Shown: positions 29,176-42,750, numbered from the stretch's first letter. The stretch is DNA of 64,000 nt from the human T2T-CHM13v2.0 reference genome, Homo sapiens (GCF_009914755.1 NC_060925.1), one strand, 5' to 3'. The notes: generated from the letters alone by a model not told the origin. Program-made: numbers and translations.

Positions 29176-29834
29176 GTGAGCTTCTGGACAGCCCATGTAG
29201 AAATGTGAAAGCTGGTGAACTCAAGGGGAGCCCATGATACTGGATTGTAGCCTGTTGGACAAAGATGTCAGAGCTCTTGATAACACATCAAAGGCATCAT
29301 TTACCCACTGGGTGCTTAGATGCTACTTTATATTTTTACCTTCCTTTAGGGACAAGGCTCAGAAACTGACTTGAAAGTTAGTTTGCCCAACCCTTTTGGT
29401 GGGAGGGAAGGGTTGGATGTACTAACTTTCCCTTAACCATCCTCTCCTTAGCTGGTCCTCATTCCATGCCTGTTGAAAACAATATGCGTAGATTTACAGA
29501 CCTTTGCCTGCCTCCAGTTCCCTATGTTGCAGTTAGATGTCAGCTGTTTGGCCACAGCGAAGCTTCAGCTGCAGCTTTCCCTGTTGATTGACATGTGTGC
29601 CCTCAATTACACCTCAGTTCCCTCCCAAAGAGAGGGAAGGATTGAACAGGATCTTTTCTCCTTTAAGGTGCCAGGTACTAGGGGCCCCATTTACACTTCT
29701 GGAGAGCTCTTTTAAAAGGGATTCCTGAGAACCTCCACTCTTCACTGCCTTCCACCTTGAGCCCCATTGTCTGTCCACAAGAGGAAACAGGATTTTGTGC
29801 ACTGATGAGGCAGCAGAGTAGTGGAGTCAATTAC

Positions 29835-29866
<32 letters not shown>

Positions 29867-31109
29867 TTGTATTTGACTGATGAGTACAGCTTTGGTTTAT
29901 CATCTGCACTGGAATATCTTTGATGTTTTGGGAAATCACAACACTCAAATCAGATAAAGAAGCCACAGTGACAGGACCAATGCCAGAGGACCTGGGATAT
30001 CTTCTGACTTTTGTCCCCTCAGCTTCTCCTAGTGCCCCTTTTCTTGAGAAGCAGTGACCCAAGGCGGGGCCCTTCCTTGCAGTGTGCAGTCTTCCTCACC
30101 CCAGGAGCTGGTGGGTGGGTCACAGCACCTGTGATAGTCAGAGAGGACCACTTGAATTTCTGTTCTCCTGAGGGTGCCTTGCAGGTGCTCCCACCCCTCC
30201 CTCCCACTCTCCCCACTCACCATCCCCAAGCCATGGCCTTCACTCCGAACCCAGGACTTGTCAGCTGGTATCTGTGGATGGGCTTTGATGGCATCCATAA
30301 ATTTTGTTGCAAGTTTTGTTTTTAAAATATATCTTTTAACTACCACATTTTCTTGAATCTAAGATGCCATTGATTATATACTCTATCAAAAATTGAATAA
30401 TTCTGTTATTAAATTTAAGCATTATTAAATGTTGGGGGAAAAGCCACTGCTTTCTATGCATTATGTATTCATATATTCTGAGTTACAAAACCTTCCACTG
30501 TAAAGAAAGGTATATTGTAGAATTGAGGAAATAGAAAATGAAGGAATAAAACTGATTTTAAAAGCCACATGTAATCCATGTGTTATACAAATTTTCACAC
30601 TTGAAGACCACCCACAGTCACACTGGCTTAATTCTTTTCTTTGTGGAGACCTTGGAGTCAATCTCCCTTTGCTATCTCTGCATTTATTTGAGCTTTGTGT
30701 AAATGTGGTATTGATTAGAAAGCTTCTAGTTCTGTGTTAGTCTTTTTAAAAGAATCAGGCCCCAGCTTGTTTGCTTTTATAAAGTGATGTAAGTGATCAC
30801 ACTATTACCTTTCTGTATGATTCAAGATTTTCTCAATACTGTGAAACTAAAATAAAATACAAAAATAAGCTGGATGCCAAAGCTGATTCAAGACTGCAAT
30901 AGTCATCTATAACCCTGGTTTCAAATTTTTATCTTCCAGAAAACAACCTCATGTTTTGAGTGATATTGAATAAATGTTCTTTATTATGAATATATTTATA
31001 TTAAATATATACAATATATTTATGCCAGAAGATGTCTCATTTTTGTAAGTTTTATGCATGGATGTTCTGATAAAAGTTTTATTTGAAAAAAGTGATTTCT
31101 GATGCCAAA

Positions 31110-31325
31110 GGTACTATAACATAGTGGTTAGGAATCCTGGTCTTACTTTACTATCTATGTGACTTTGGCAACTTACTTAATCTCTGTGCCTTTATTTTTC
31201 TATCAGTAATGTGAGGATAATTATGGTACCCACCTCACTGAGTTGTAGTAAGAAGTAAGGTAACATGGATAAAGCCTTTGACACATGTCTGGCACATAGC
31301 ACTCATGTGAGAAATTATTAGTTAA
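31110..31325 (+). mobile_element. MIR
   Basis: MIR core: ctatgtgactttggcaacttacttaatctctgtgcct. Confidence 0.75.
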
Positions 31326-32930
31326 AAAGTTTTGAAAACCATCTAGGATAGACAAAGCATCTTCTTCCATTGGCCCACTGTATAAACCTGCTCCTCTCAG
31401 ACTGGTCCTTCCTGTCTCTCAGTCTAGCCACTTTACACTTTCCATTTGCATCATTGCCAACCTTGAGTGTACACTCTTGGAATTACCTCCAAAACTCTGA
31501 TGTCGCCTTCTCCACAGAGCCTTCTCTGACTATCCCTGAGAAATTCAAAAGAGAGGAGATGCTTCCCTGAGCCTTCTCCCCCAGACCTAAATGTTATTAG
31601 CACTCCTTCCCAGATTCTCCTGTATCATTCATCGTCTTCTAGGTGTTTACATCCCTTTTCCTTATTAAATGTTCTGTCTCCTGGCATCAACCCCAGTCCC
31701 CTAGACATGGCTAAGTATTCGGTAAATATCCACTGATGGATTGATTTCACAGAGTGGCTGTCGGAACCCACCAAAGATGCCATGGCTTCCAGACTGCCAG
31801 GCTGTCGGGAGATGCAGCACAGGTTCTGCTCTCAGAGTGAGCTGCTGTCCGCAGGGACTATGGCTGCTGCAGCCTCTGCTTGTCCTGCCTCACTACAGCT
31901 CAGCTCCCTCCTCCAGTGACCGGTGGGGGGTGGGGGGTGGGGAAACAATGAAAAGTAGGGGAAAGGTAATTTATTTCAGTGTTTACAGAGGGTTTGCGTG
32001 TAATTAGCAGTTTATTTCTGTGACACAGCTGGCCTCCTCAGCTTGGAACCTGACTTTGAAATGCTCTTAAAGAGACCTATACCTAGGCAATCTGAGGGGT
32101 GCTGGGGACTTGGGAAGAGAGTGAAGAAAAATGTCATGCCCTGTCTTTGGTGATGATGCTTGACCAAGGACAGCCACTAAAGTGAAGACTCCCTTGTTCC
32201 TTCTTTCCCCAACTCTCCCATGCATGCACACACACACACACAAACACACTTTTGTTTCTTGAGTCATATTCTGTTAGTGAATCCACCTTCGACTTAGACC
32301 TTTTACAAGGTACATTTTTTTTAACCTTTTGTTCACATCAAAGCTTGGGCTTTGATATCTTCACTGGGGATAGGGGAACAGTCACTTGATCCCCTCCTGC
32401 CATAAGCCCCATGATTGCAGGCAAAACACTGTTCTCCTCTTTGTAAGTATTGAATAGATGAATAAATAAATGTGCATCAGTCTTTTCATCAGTAATATGG
32501 GGGTAATGCTGCCTGCTGTTTCTACCTTGAAAGTTTTATAGCAATTACATGAGAAAAAGTATACGAAAGTGCTTTGAAAAAGACGTTCAGCCCTCACTAT
32601 ATGAGTGTACTATTTTTATGACTTTTTGCTGCTGTGAGCTGTGGACTTACAAACTCAATTTTGCTAAGTTAGCAGTTTTTTTGTGCTTATGCAGAGTGGG
32701 TGTCTGGTTGCTTCGGGAGCATGTAAGACAAATTATCCTAACATATTTTCTGTCTCTTAGCATCAGTTTGCTGTGTTTGTTCTGTGTTGTGAGCGTGCTC
32801 AGGTCCTGTGATCTTGGTTAGAAATACAGTATTTATATTTTGTACATATTGAAAAACATACCTATATTTGGTGCAAAAGTGGCACTTTAATAGTTCTTGC
32901 TAACTTGCATAAACTGTGAATAACTGGTGA

Positions 32931-33267
<337 letters not shown>

Positions 33268-33812
33268 AAGGACATCTTAACCTTTGCAAGTGTTAGGGTA
33301 GACCTGACATTCATCTGTGGCAGTGTTCCTGAATGAGCTGGGGCTGAGCCCATGAGAGAGTCTATACCAGAATAGCATAATGGAAAAATAATGGCAATGT
33401 AGTTTTTCATGAAACTAAATTTGTTCAACTTGAAACTGGATTTAAACATTGAAAATGTTAGTGTCCTTTCCTGGCAAAATAAAAAGTTAAGAACATCATT
33501 GCGAGCATAGATATTTTTGTCTTTGTTTTGTGAAAATTTTGTGATCTGTGAAGGCTAAAAATCTATGCTGATATATATTTTATCTATGTAATAGATATAA
33601 TAGGTAAATATATTAATATAATTATATAATTTACTTGCAAATGCATAATATTGCTATTAGCAGGTTGAGTTTTCTTTTCCATTCTAGTGATACTGAGATT
33701 TTTATATTAATTTTAAGAGAAACTGGTAGTCATTTATGTAACCTGTCATTGAAGAATGAGTATTTTAGAAAACCACATAGGCTGGTATAGTGAATGCCAT
33801 TTCTAAGAATAA

Positions 33813-34128
<316 letters not shown>

Positions 34129-35986
34129 GCAAGTTTTGTTTCTTATCCATTCTTCCTGACTCTGCCATGGTATTAGGCAAGTCACGTGACCTCAGTGAGA
34201 CTCATTTTCAACTTCTATTAATTAGGAACACCAATTCAGTACTTAGTGCATACAATGGCTGTAAGAATTAAAGAAAAATGTATGTGTGAGAGTGCTTTGT
34301 GCATCAAGATGTGCCTTACGAATTTAAGGTATTATAAAAATCCTTTAAAGTTATGAACATTCATGTTAGGAAGATTTCTATTACTGAGATTTACAATACA
34401 GGTTTTTCACGTATCATTTTTAAACATGTTTTGACAGATACAGTCAATGGTATCCCTCAGAAGAAAGGTAGAACGTATATTCAAAATATTGTTAGGATAT
34501 TTCTCTTTCCTTTGTGCTCAAAGCATCCTGATATCATGACCTTTTCAAGTGTTTTCTTGATATGAAACAAAGCTGCCACTGCCTGAGTAGTTTGTATAAA
34601 AACATCAGATTTCTAGGTGAAGCAGAAAAGAAAGGGAGTGTGGAGCTTGATTCCTTCCCCAGGGGTCTCTATGATGCCATCCTTGAATGAATGATCAAGG
34701 CGTGTCCCCCACTGCCTCTGAAGGTACTTCTCGTGGCTGCCACCAGCTGCCTTAACAATTTGGAAGGAAAGGCAGGCCCAAAGGGCAGCAGGCACATGCA
34801 CACCCAGGTGATCACACCTCCCTCGTCCCCTGCACACATTTAAGCTCTTGGCAGCACATGTTCCCCAGGCACAGGCGGGGCTGGCGTAGTCAGCAAGGCT
34901 GCCACATCTCTGTCACAAGCTTCCCTTTCTCCTAGTGTTTTCAGCAGGCCTGTATCTCTCCACCATCCTCCCCTTCCCGGGTCTCCCACTCTCCTCTCTC
35001 TGTGACAGGTTCTTTTTCCTTGGCAGATTGCACTGGAATGGTGTGACAGTCCCTCAGGGATCATGCCACCTGCCCAAGCTGGGGAGGAATAGCAGAGAGG
35101 CATCCGTGGCTGGCCAGGTCACCAAGATAACACTCCCCACAGGCGAGGGTATCCAGGGCTCCTGGGACTGCAGATTCCATTGCCTCATTGAGCCAGGAGC
35201 CTTGGTCTACGCTGTAGGACCTCAGTCCACCCAGGAACACTAAACTTGCCTGCCTGCCACTTGGCGCTACTATAGGCAGCTGTACCTATCAGCACACCAT
35301 GCCTGGGAAGGTGACCACAGAGAGTAATTGCCAGTGTTTAGTCTGTGTGTGCATGTGGGTGACAGAGCGAAAAGGAAGGTATGGACCTCTCTTTTATATC
35401 CAGGTTATTTATTGCATTTGTCTTACGACTTCCATTTAGAGCTAAATAAACTGCAAAGTAGGTTATTTAAACTGGATCTTGGGTGCTTTAGCAAGTGGAG
35501 AAGTGGGCGGTGAGGAGGGAGAAAGATGGGAGATTGGGCCGGGGAGATTGAGAGAAAGAGGCCAAAAGAAACACAACGTGGCTTATTTTCCTCCCCTTGG
35601 TAGTGGAAGGCATGGTGTGCTGTGGCTCACAGACAGAGATCCCCTTTGCTGGGGGATCTTGAAGAGCTTTCTGTCTCAGGCTTTTGGGAAGCAGCCTCCT
35701 GTGGACATATCTTGCTTTTACAATTTATAAATAAAAAACTAAGGCACAGCCTAGGAGTGCAGATTGCACAAAGCCTACAGTTACCTACCGCACCTGGAAG
35801 GGTAGCTCCCCACTTCTTTGCCTGCTTGTCACGGTCACGTGCCCCCTCCACCTGCGTCGGACTTGTGCAGCCTAATAGAGGGCAGGTGTACAAGGAAGAA
35901 CGTCGTTGGGGCATTTTATCGTCACCCTGTCCAAATGAGGTTTCAGGGAGTCTCATCTCCAGAGAGTAGTCTTCCACCCACCATGT

Positions 35987-35988
<2 letters not shown>

Positions 35989-36022
<34 letters not shown>

Positions 36023-36029
36023 ACACACA
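35989..36029. repeat. (GT)16 microsatellite directly followed by (AC)4
   Basis: Read directly from the sequence. Confidence 0.95.
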
Positions 36030-37056
36030 TATTTAAGCTCAGATGCCCTGCAGGCCCAGGGAGCTCTTTGCCAAGAGACTCTTGGTCCATCCAGATCACT
36101 CATGAATTCTCTTTTGTACAGACTTGATAAAGGGTGTTTCTTGAGTACCAGAAGTACTGTAGTACTGTACATAATTCATAACACGAAGCAAGATAAAGTA
36201 GAAAGAACAAGAAAAGATAATAACTGGGGAATTAAAAGTTTCCAACATTGTTAGAAGCTGGGAGAGTGAGTCAGCAGTACATATGTCCTTAGGGAGAGCT
36301 TTGCACAGGGCTGGTTTTGGGGTAGGGGCCTAGGTGTCCAAAAAAGGAGGAAGGAGATGCTCAGGAGGAGCAGAAATAGGGATGTGGAGGAGAAGGGGCT
36401 GAGGGCAGGGAGAATGGGTGCAGATTGCAAGTGGGGGTGAATTCTAGCTCTGCCCTGCCTCCTCCCCTCCCTTTGAAGGAAAGAGATATCATGGGGCCTT
36501 AATCATCTCCTTATCTCTCATTCCTTTCCTGGTTTAATTAAATTTCTGTTCTAATTTGGAAGAGCTTGCATGTTCTCGACTGCTGTGGCAACCAATCTCT
36601 TTTATGAGACCCACCCTGGCACTCAGAGGAGTTTATCACCTCCATGGGACTTGGACCCTCTGTAGCTTTTGCCATCATGGTCAGTTCTGTAGTGAGCAGA
36701 GGTGGATTTGAGAGGAGAAAGGGGCTCCCTTATTATTGTCAAAGTCATCTTGTTTACAATGGCTTCAGTCTGCCCCTTCCTCTTCTTCACCAGGGAGTGA
36801 AGCCTCTTCTATCCATGTATATTTTTTGTGTTTCGCATTGTGTTACCTCTCCTCTCCCAGGACAAAACACACTTCGTTGGGATCTCTTTGAATGTTAAAT
36901 AATACCGAAAATACAGATGAAAGACAGGAAACGTGGATAAACGTACCATCAGCATTCCTCTTACACCTACTGTGTGCCCAGGCACAGTGCTGGGCACTCT
37001 ACACGTGTGACTGCCTCGAAGGTGATGGATCGGTCCTCATTTGATAAATGAGGCAC

Positions 37057-37425
37057 TGTATTAGTCCGTTTTCATGCTGCTATAAAGACATACCTGAGAC
37101 TGGGCAATTTACAAATGGAAGAGGTTTAATTTGACTTACAGTTCCACATGGCTGGGGAGGCCTCACAATCATGGCGGAAGGCATGGAGGAGCAAGTCACA
37201 TTTTATGCAGATGGCAGCAGGCAAAATAAGAGCTTGTACAGAAAAACTCCCATTTTTTAAGTAATCAGATCTTGTGAGACTCATTCACTGTCACGAGAAC
37301 AGCCCAGGAAAGACCTGCCCCCATAATTCAATCACCTCCCACCGGCTTCCTCCCACGACACGTGGGAACTGTGGGAGTTACAATTCAAGATGAGATTTGG
37401 GTGGGGACACAGCCAAACTATATCA
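37057..37425 (-). mobile_element. THE1 (MaLR) solo LTR inserted in a MIR
   Basis: TG...CA termini; the reverse complement starts tgatatagtttggctgtgtccccaccc; 5-bp TSD ggcac/ggcgc. Confidence 0.93.
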
Positions 37426-38354
37426 GGCGCTTAAGGCTTACAGAGGTTAAAGGATCCTCCCAAGGTCATACAGCTGTTAAGGTAGAAAGCCCAACTGGAA
37501 CCTTGTCTTGTGAGCTAGAAAAGCCCAGGCTGTCCCCACTACTCCCTGTTAGAGGAGGACGTGAGAGGAGATGGATGAATGATTTCGGCAATTCACTTCA
37601 ACTTAACGGACATACCAAACATTGGAGTGCCGACCGATTACCAGGGCCCGTGTTAGGCATTGGATGGTGGAAGAGCTTTTGCTCCTGCCCTCAGGGAGAC
37701 AAGACATGCTTGTGTTCAGTGGATGCCTTGAGGAAGTGTTATGGTCCCTTTGAGCATTATGGACCCATTGCTGTGGGGTATAAAGGCAGTGGCGGTGTTC
37801 TCTCTGAGGTAGCCAAGAAAGGCTTCATAGAGAAACCTTGTAGACATAGAATTTCACCAGGGGGAGAAGGAGATCAGGACCTGGGCAGAAGCGTGGTGGA
37901 GGTATGACATTTGTGTGCCGTGTTGAGGAAGTGGCCACAATAAAGGAGTTGGGGTGGAAAATGCCTGGAGATGAGACTGGGGAAGAGATTGGGGGTGAGT
38001 GATAAAGGACTGAGTGTCCATTAATGACTACAGAGTTCCTTCTATCAGGGAAATCATCTCATTACTTGAAATTATCAATGACTTATCTGTACATCTTTTT
38101 GTCTGACACTGTCCTTGTTCAGTGCCCCCAGGGCTCAAATGTGGGAATTAGTCTAATGAACTAGAGTTCATCCCTTTCATGCCTCCTTTGGTCTTTTACT
38201 GTGGCCCACATAGCCCTGATAATCTGTCCCTGGACTGCTCTTCTGTCTTACTTCACGCCCTTGCCTCCTCCATTGACTGTGTTCCCTTCACCATGACTGC
38301 TAGCCGTCTAGGCTCTTTCCTGCTTCCTGGCTGTGGCCACACTGTTTCTGCCAT

Positions 38355-38822
38355 TTTTTTTTTTTTAAATTTCTAAATTTTGTTTTAAGTTCAGGGGTAT
38401 ATGTGCAGGATGTGCATGCAGGTTTGTTACATAGGTAAACGTATGCCATGGTGATTTGCTACACAGTTCATCCCATCACCCAGATACCAAGCCCAGCATC
38501 CACTAGCTATTCTTCCTGAGCCTCTCCCCCCTCCCCACTCTTGCCCTCCGATAGGCCCCAGTGTGTGTTGTTCCCCCCTCCCATGTGTCCATGTGTTCTC
38601 ATCATTTAGCTCCCACTTATAAGTGAGAACATGGGGCATTTGGTTTTCCGTTCTTGTGTTAGTTTGCTAAGGATAACAGCCTCCAGCTCCATCCATGTCT
38701 CTGCAAAGGACATGATCTCATTCCTTTTTATGGCTGCAGAGTATTCCATGGTGTATATGTACCACATTTGCTTTATCCAGTCTATCATTGACGGGCATTT
38801 AGGTTGATTCCATGTCTTTGTA
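38355..38822 (-). mobile_element. 5'-truncated primate L1 3' end
   Basis: Poly(T) head. ORF 38606..38890(-) gives WNQPKCPSMIDWIKQMWYIYTMEY...MFSLISGS. Confidence 0.92.
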
Positions 38823-39269
38823 TTCTTCATCTGGCCAATGCCTACTGATCCCTCAAGCTTCATCTTAATTGTTACTTCCTTAGAGAGCACTCTCCTAATC
38901 CTAATATAAATTGAGTGCTTTTGGTATAATTTTTTAAATCACAATCTTATTTCCTTCATAGCACTTATCACCTCTTGTGTGTGTATTTGTGTGACCATTT
39001 ATTAAGTTTCTGCTCTGTTAACTACACTGTAAACTCTGTAGGTGCAGGGATGTCTATTATTTCATGACTATTGCCAGAACCTTGCATATCGTGTGGCATG
39101 TAGTAGGTGCTTAGTAAAAAATCTGGTGATTTACTGGATGGATGGAGTAATAAATTAGTGAATGATATAGGATCAAGCTATCAGCAGGGAATATTCTTAT
39201 GCTCAGTGAAAACACAAAGCCTATGTTAAATGAGGCAAATTTGTTGGTATTTCCAATTGCATTTTTTTA

Positions 39270-40370
39270 ATTCAACAAATATTTGTTGAGCACCGATTAT
39301 AGCTAGGCATTGTGCTAGGAGTCAGGGATATAGTGAAGAACAAGCAAAATCAGTCCACCTGGAATTCGTATTATAGTGTGATGATATCTATTAAACAATT
39401 TAAAAAATAAGTGTATACTGTCAGGTAGTGATGAGTCATATGAAGACAAAGCAAAGGAAGGGGCAGAGAGTGTTGCAGGGAGGCAGTATGCTTCAGATGA
39501 GGTGGTCTGGGAAGGAGGTGGTATCTGAGCAGAAATCTGCAGAAGTGGGAGGGAAAGCCCTGGGATATCTGTGGAAGAGCATTCCAGATGGAGAGCCAGC
39601 AAGTGCAGGGACCCAAAGTGGTTGCTTGGCAGGTTCAGGGAGTGTCCAACAGGCCAGGGAGGCTTGAGCACTCTGAGGGGCAAGAGGTCAGAGAGAGGGT
39701 CAGGGCCAGATCAGGTTGGGCCTCGTTGACTGTGATTAGGAGTTTGGATTTTACTCCGAGTGTGATGGGAAGTCTTTGAGGTGCTTTGAACAGATGAGGT
39801 AGAAGATCTGATATATGCTGAAAGATCACTCTACCTGCTGTATGGAGAACTGGCCATGGCAGGGCAAGAGTGGAGGCGGGCAGCTGGCAGTGGTGGTGCA
39901 GCCTGGAATGGCTCTGCTGGTGGGGCTGAGCAGTGATTAGATTGGGATGTGTTTTGAAGGTGGAGCTGGCAGGACTTGTTAATGGGTTGAATGTGGGGTA
40001 GGAGAGATGGGAAGATCAAGGAGGGCTCTTCAGCTACATTAATCTGTTAATAGCGGTGCCATCTACCAAGATAGGGGAGCCGAGAGAAGGGGCAGGATGG
40101 TTGAGCAAGGTCAAGAGTTGAGCTGGAGGCATGTTAAATTGGAGTGGCCTAATTGATGTCTATGAGATAGCCCAGTTCGAGATGTCATAAGAAGTAAGTA
40201 GCTGGACATCTGAGTCTGGAGCTGGGTCAGAGCAAGAGATATACACTTGAGAAACATTAATTTATTAATGGTGTTTTGAATCATGAGATGGACTGATGTC
40301 CCTTAGTCTTGAAGAAGGCATAGACAGAGAAGAGGACCAACGACTTAGCTCTGAGAAACTACAACTTAAT
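39270..40370 (-). mobile_element. L2 relic
   Basis: Antisense L2 3' end attcaacaaatatttgttgagcacc...ctaggcattgtgctagg followed by L2 body. Confidence 0.75.
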
Positions 40371-40859
40371 GTCTATTAGCACTGCAGTAGGTCTATTACT
40401 AAGGCCCTGAGAACTTGATCATCTTCTCTTGGGGCTATTTCTTCTGGAATTGAGCCCAAATTTAGTGTTGTTGCTCCTTTTAGGAAGTTATTATGACAGG
40501 GGCTACTTTGCCATAGGGGATGAAAATAGGAATTCCCACTACCACCCCATGGGCTAGCTGAAGGTGCAGGGCAGGTAGAGATTCGGGTGTGGAGGGAGCT
40601 CTTCAGTCTGAGTCTGTTCTGTTTTGGTTCATTTTCCTTTTGTCTGCTGTTCTTCTCCTGTGAAAATTGTTTTCCCTCAAGCTGATGTTTTTAAAGCTTA
40701 ATTTTTATTTCTGTAACTGTACTCCTTTTCATTCTACAAACCTTTATTGAGGGCCTGCCATGTGCTAGACACTGCTCAGAACTGCTAAGTGCTGGGATGC
40801 TCCCTTTCCAAACACACGGCTCCTCCCCGTGATTCTTTTCCTGCTCAAAGCCATCTGCT

Positions 40860-41990
40860 CTCTCCCACCTGGTCCTCATTTTATTGATGGCTATTACATC
40901 ATCTACCTGTCCATCATTTTTCATACCTCTTATATCATTATTAGATGTTCTAGCTACCAAGTCTTGGAACCAGTCTTCCCATTTTGTCTTACACCCCACA
41001 TTTAACTCATCAGTAGCTCCTTTGGCTCTATATTCAACATTTATCCAGAATCTGCCTACCAATCCTGACCTCCAGCGCTGCACCCTGGTCTAAGCCACCA
41101 CCATCTCTTGCCTGAGTTAGTGCAGTCTCTCCCTGATTGCATCATTACCCCACTTCAGAACATCCTTATGATCCTGGCAGTGTAAATCAGACCATGTCCC
41201 CGCTCTGCACAGAACCCTCCAGTAGCTCCTCTTCCCTTGCTGAGTAAAAGCCAGAGCCCTTGCAAGGGTCTACAGGGCCCTCCATGATCTGCTCTTCCAC
41301 TCCCTTCTGCTTCTTGCCTTAATCTGCTCCAGCACAGTAGCCCTCTTGCTGCAGATGACATGTTGGGCATGCTTCTGCCTTGGATGGAACCTTGCTAACA
41401 TGGGTCTTGCTGGAACATTCTTCCCAGTTATCAGGGTGGGCTCACTCTTTCCCGTCCTCTGGTCTTTACTCGGTGAGTTCTTTCCTGACCATCGTATTTA
41501 AAATCAAACCTCCTCCTTCCCAGTACTCTCTTAACTCCCTTTCAGATGTATTTCTCTCCAGAGAGCTTATCACTAGCGACCACAGTATATACTTTGCCTG
41601 TTTATTTTGTCTATTGGCTAAGTGATCCCACTAGAGTACAAGCTTCATGAGGGCAGGACTTTTGTCTCACACACTGCTGCAAACAGTTGATGCTCAGGTT
41701 AGTACCTGGCAGAAGGTAAGTACAGATTGAGTTACTTCTCATTGGAAATGCTTGGGACAAGAAGTGTTTCAGATTTAGGATTTTTTCAGATTTTGGAATA
41801 TTTGTATTATATTGGTTGAGCATCCCAAATCCAAAAATGTGAAATCTGAAATGCTCCAATGAGCATTTCTTGGGCCATCATGTTGGTTCTCAAAAAGTTT
41901 TGGATTTTGAAAGATTTCAGATTTCAGATTTTTGGATTTGGGATGCTCAACCTGTATTTAATAAATATTTGCTGAATGAATAAATGACAG
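40860..41990 (+). mobile_element. L2 relic, interrupted near its 3' end by Tigger4
   Basis: Pyrimidine-rich L2 body, ctagagtacaagcttcatgagggcagg, ending aataaatatttgctgaatgaataaatga. Confidence 0.78.
41723..41954. mobile_element. Tigger4a/MER46-type MITE
   Basis: ta|cagattgag ... gatgctcaacctg|ta: terminal inverted repeats with TA target duplication. Confidence 0.85.
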
Positions 41991-42599
41991 AACATGAGTT
42001 CATGGGATGGGAGGGTGGTCAATGCACTGTATTTGTTCTAGTTACTGTTACTCTCATAGTCTTTGCACTAGGCCCTTTGGTGACAAGTGGGCTGCATTTG
42101 TGAGATGGTTGGATGCCATTAGGGACCTAAGCTGTGTTCTCAGAATAGCATTGCCACACTAGAAGCCAGTTGGCCTTAGCAAGTTGAACCATTTGCTGGG
42201 ATGTCCTTAGTATTATTAGGCAAACTGATCATCCAAGGTTTAGGGTTAGATGAATCCACAAAAGAGCTCATTGAGGTTGTATTAATAAAAACAACCATTC
42301 ATTGAGTCCACAAGATCCATACTTACGCATGAAAATTACTCTAGGATCTCTTGCTGGGGGATAGGTGGGGGATCAGAATTGCCAAGGGTGTCCTCATGAG
42401 GAGGCCTCCATCCAGCCTCAACAAGCCTTAAACACCTCATTCAGGTGCCGTAGCAAGCCTTAAACACCTCTGGGTAGGGTTTGAATCTGTAAATGAATCA
42501 GAGGTAAATGAATCTTAAAACCTACTGGCCTTAAGAATTGGAAGGCCCCTTGCTTATATCCTTGGGGATATTTACTGTGGTGAAAGGATGAGGGTAAGG

Positions 42600-42750
42600 A
42601 ATGATAGCAAACATTCACAGAGCACATATTATATGCCAGGCGCTGTTCTAAGAGCGCTCTGTGGATATAAACCCAGTTAATTTTCCCAATAGCCCTTTGA
42701 GGTAGAAAGATTATATTCCCATTTTACAGTTGAGAAAACCAAGGCTGCCT
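42600..42750 (-). mobile_element. MIR
   Basis: tatgccaggcgctgttctaag...attcccattttacagttgagaaaaccaaggct. Confidence 0.75.

Noticed and set aside
35627-37907. 181-aa ORFs at 35627..36172(-) and 37362..37907(+)
   Set aside because: They run through a microsatellite or THE1/MIR/L2 sequence and resemble no protein I recognise.
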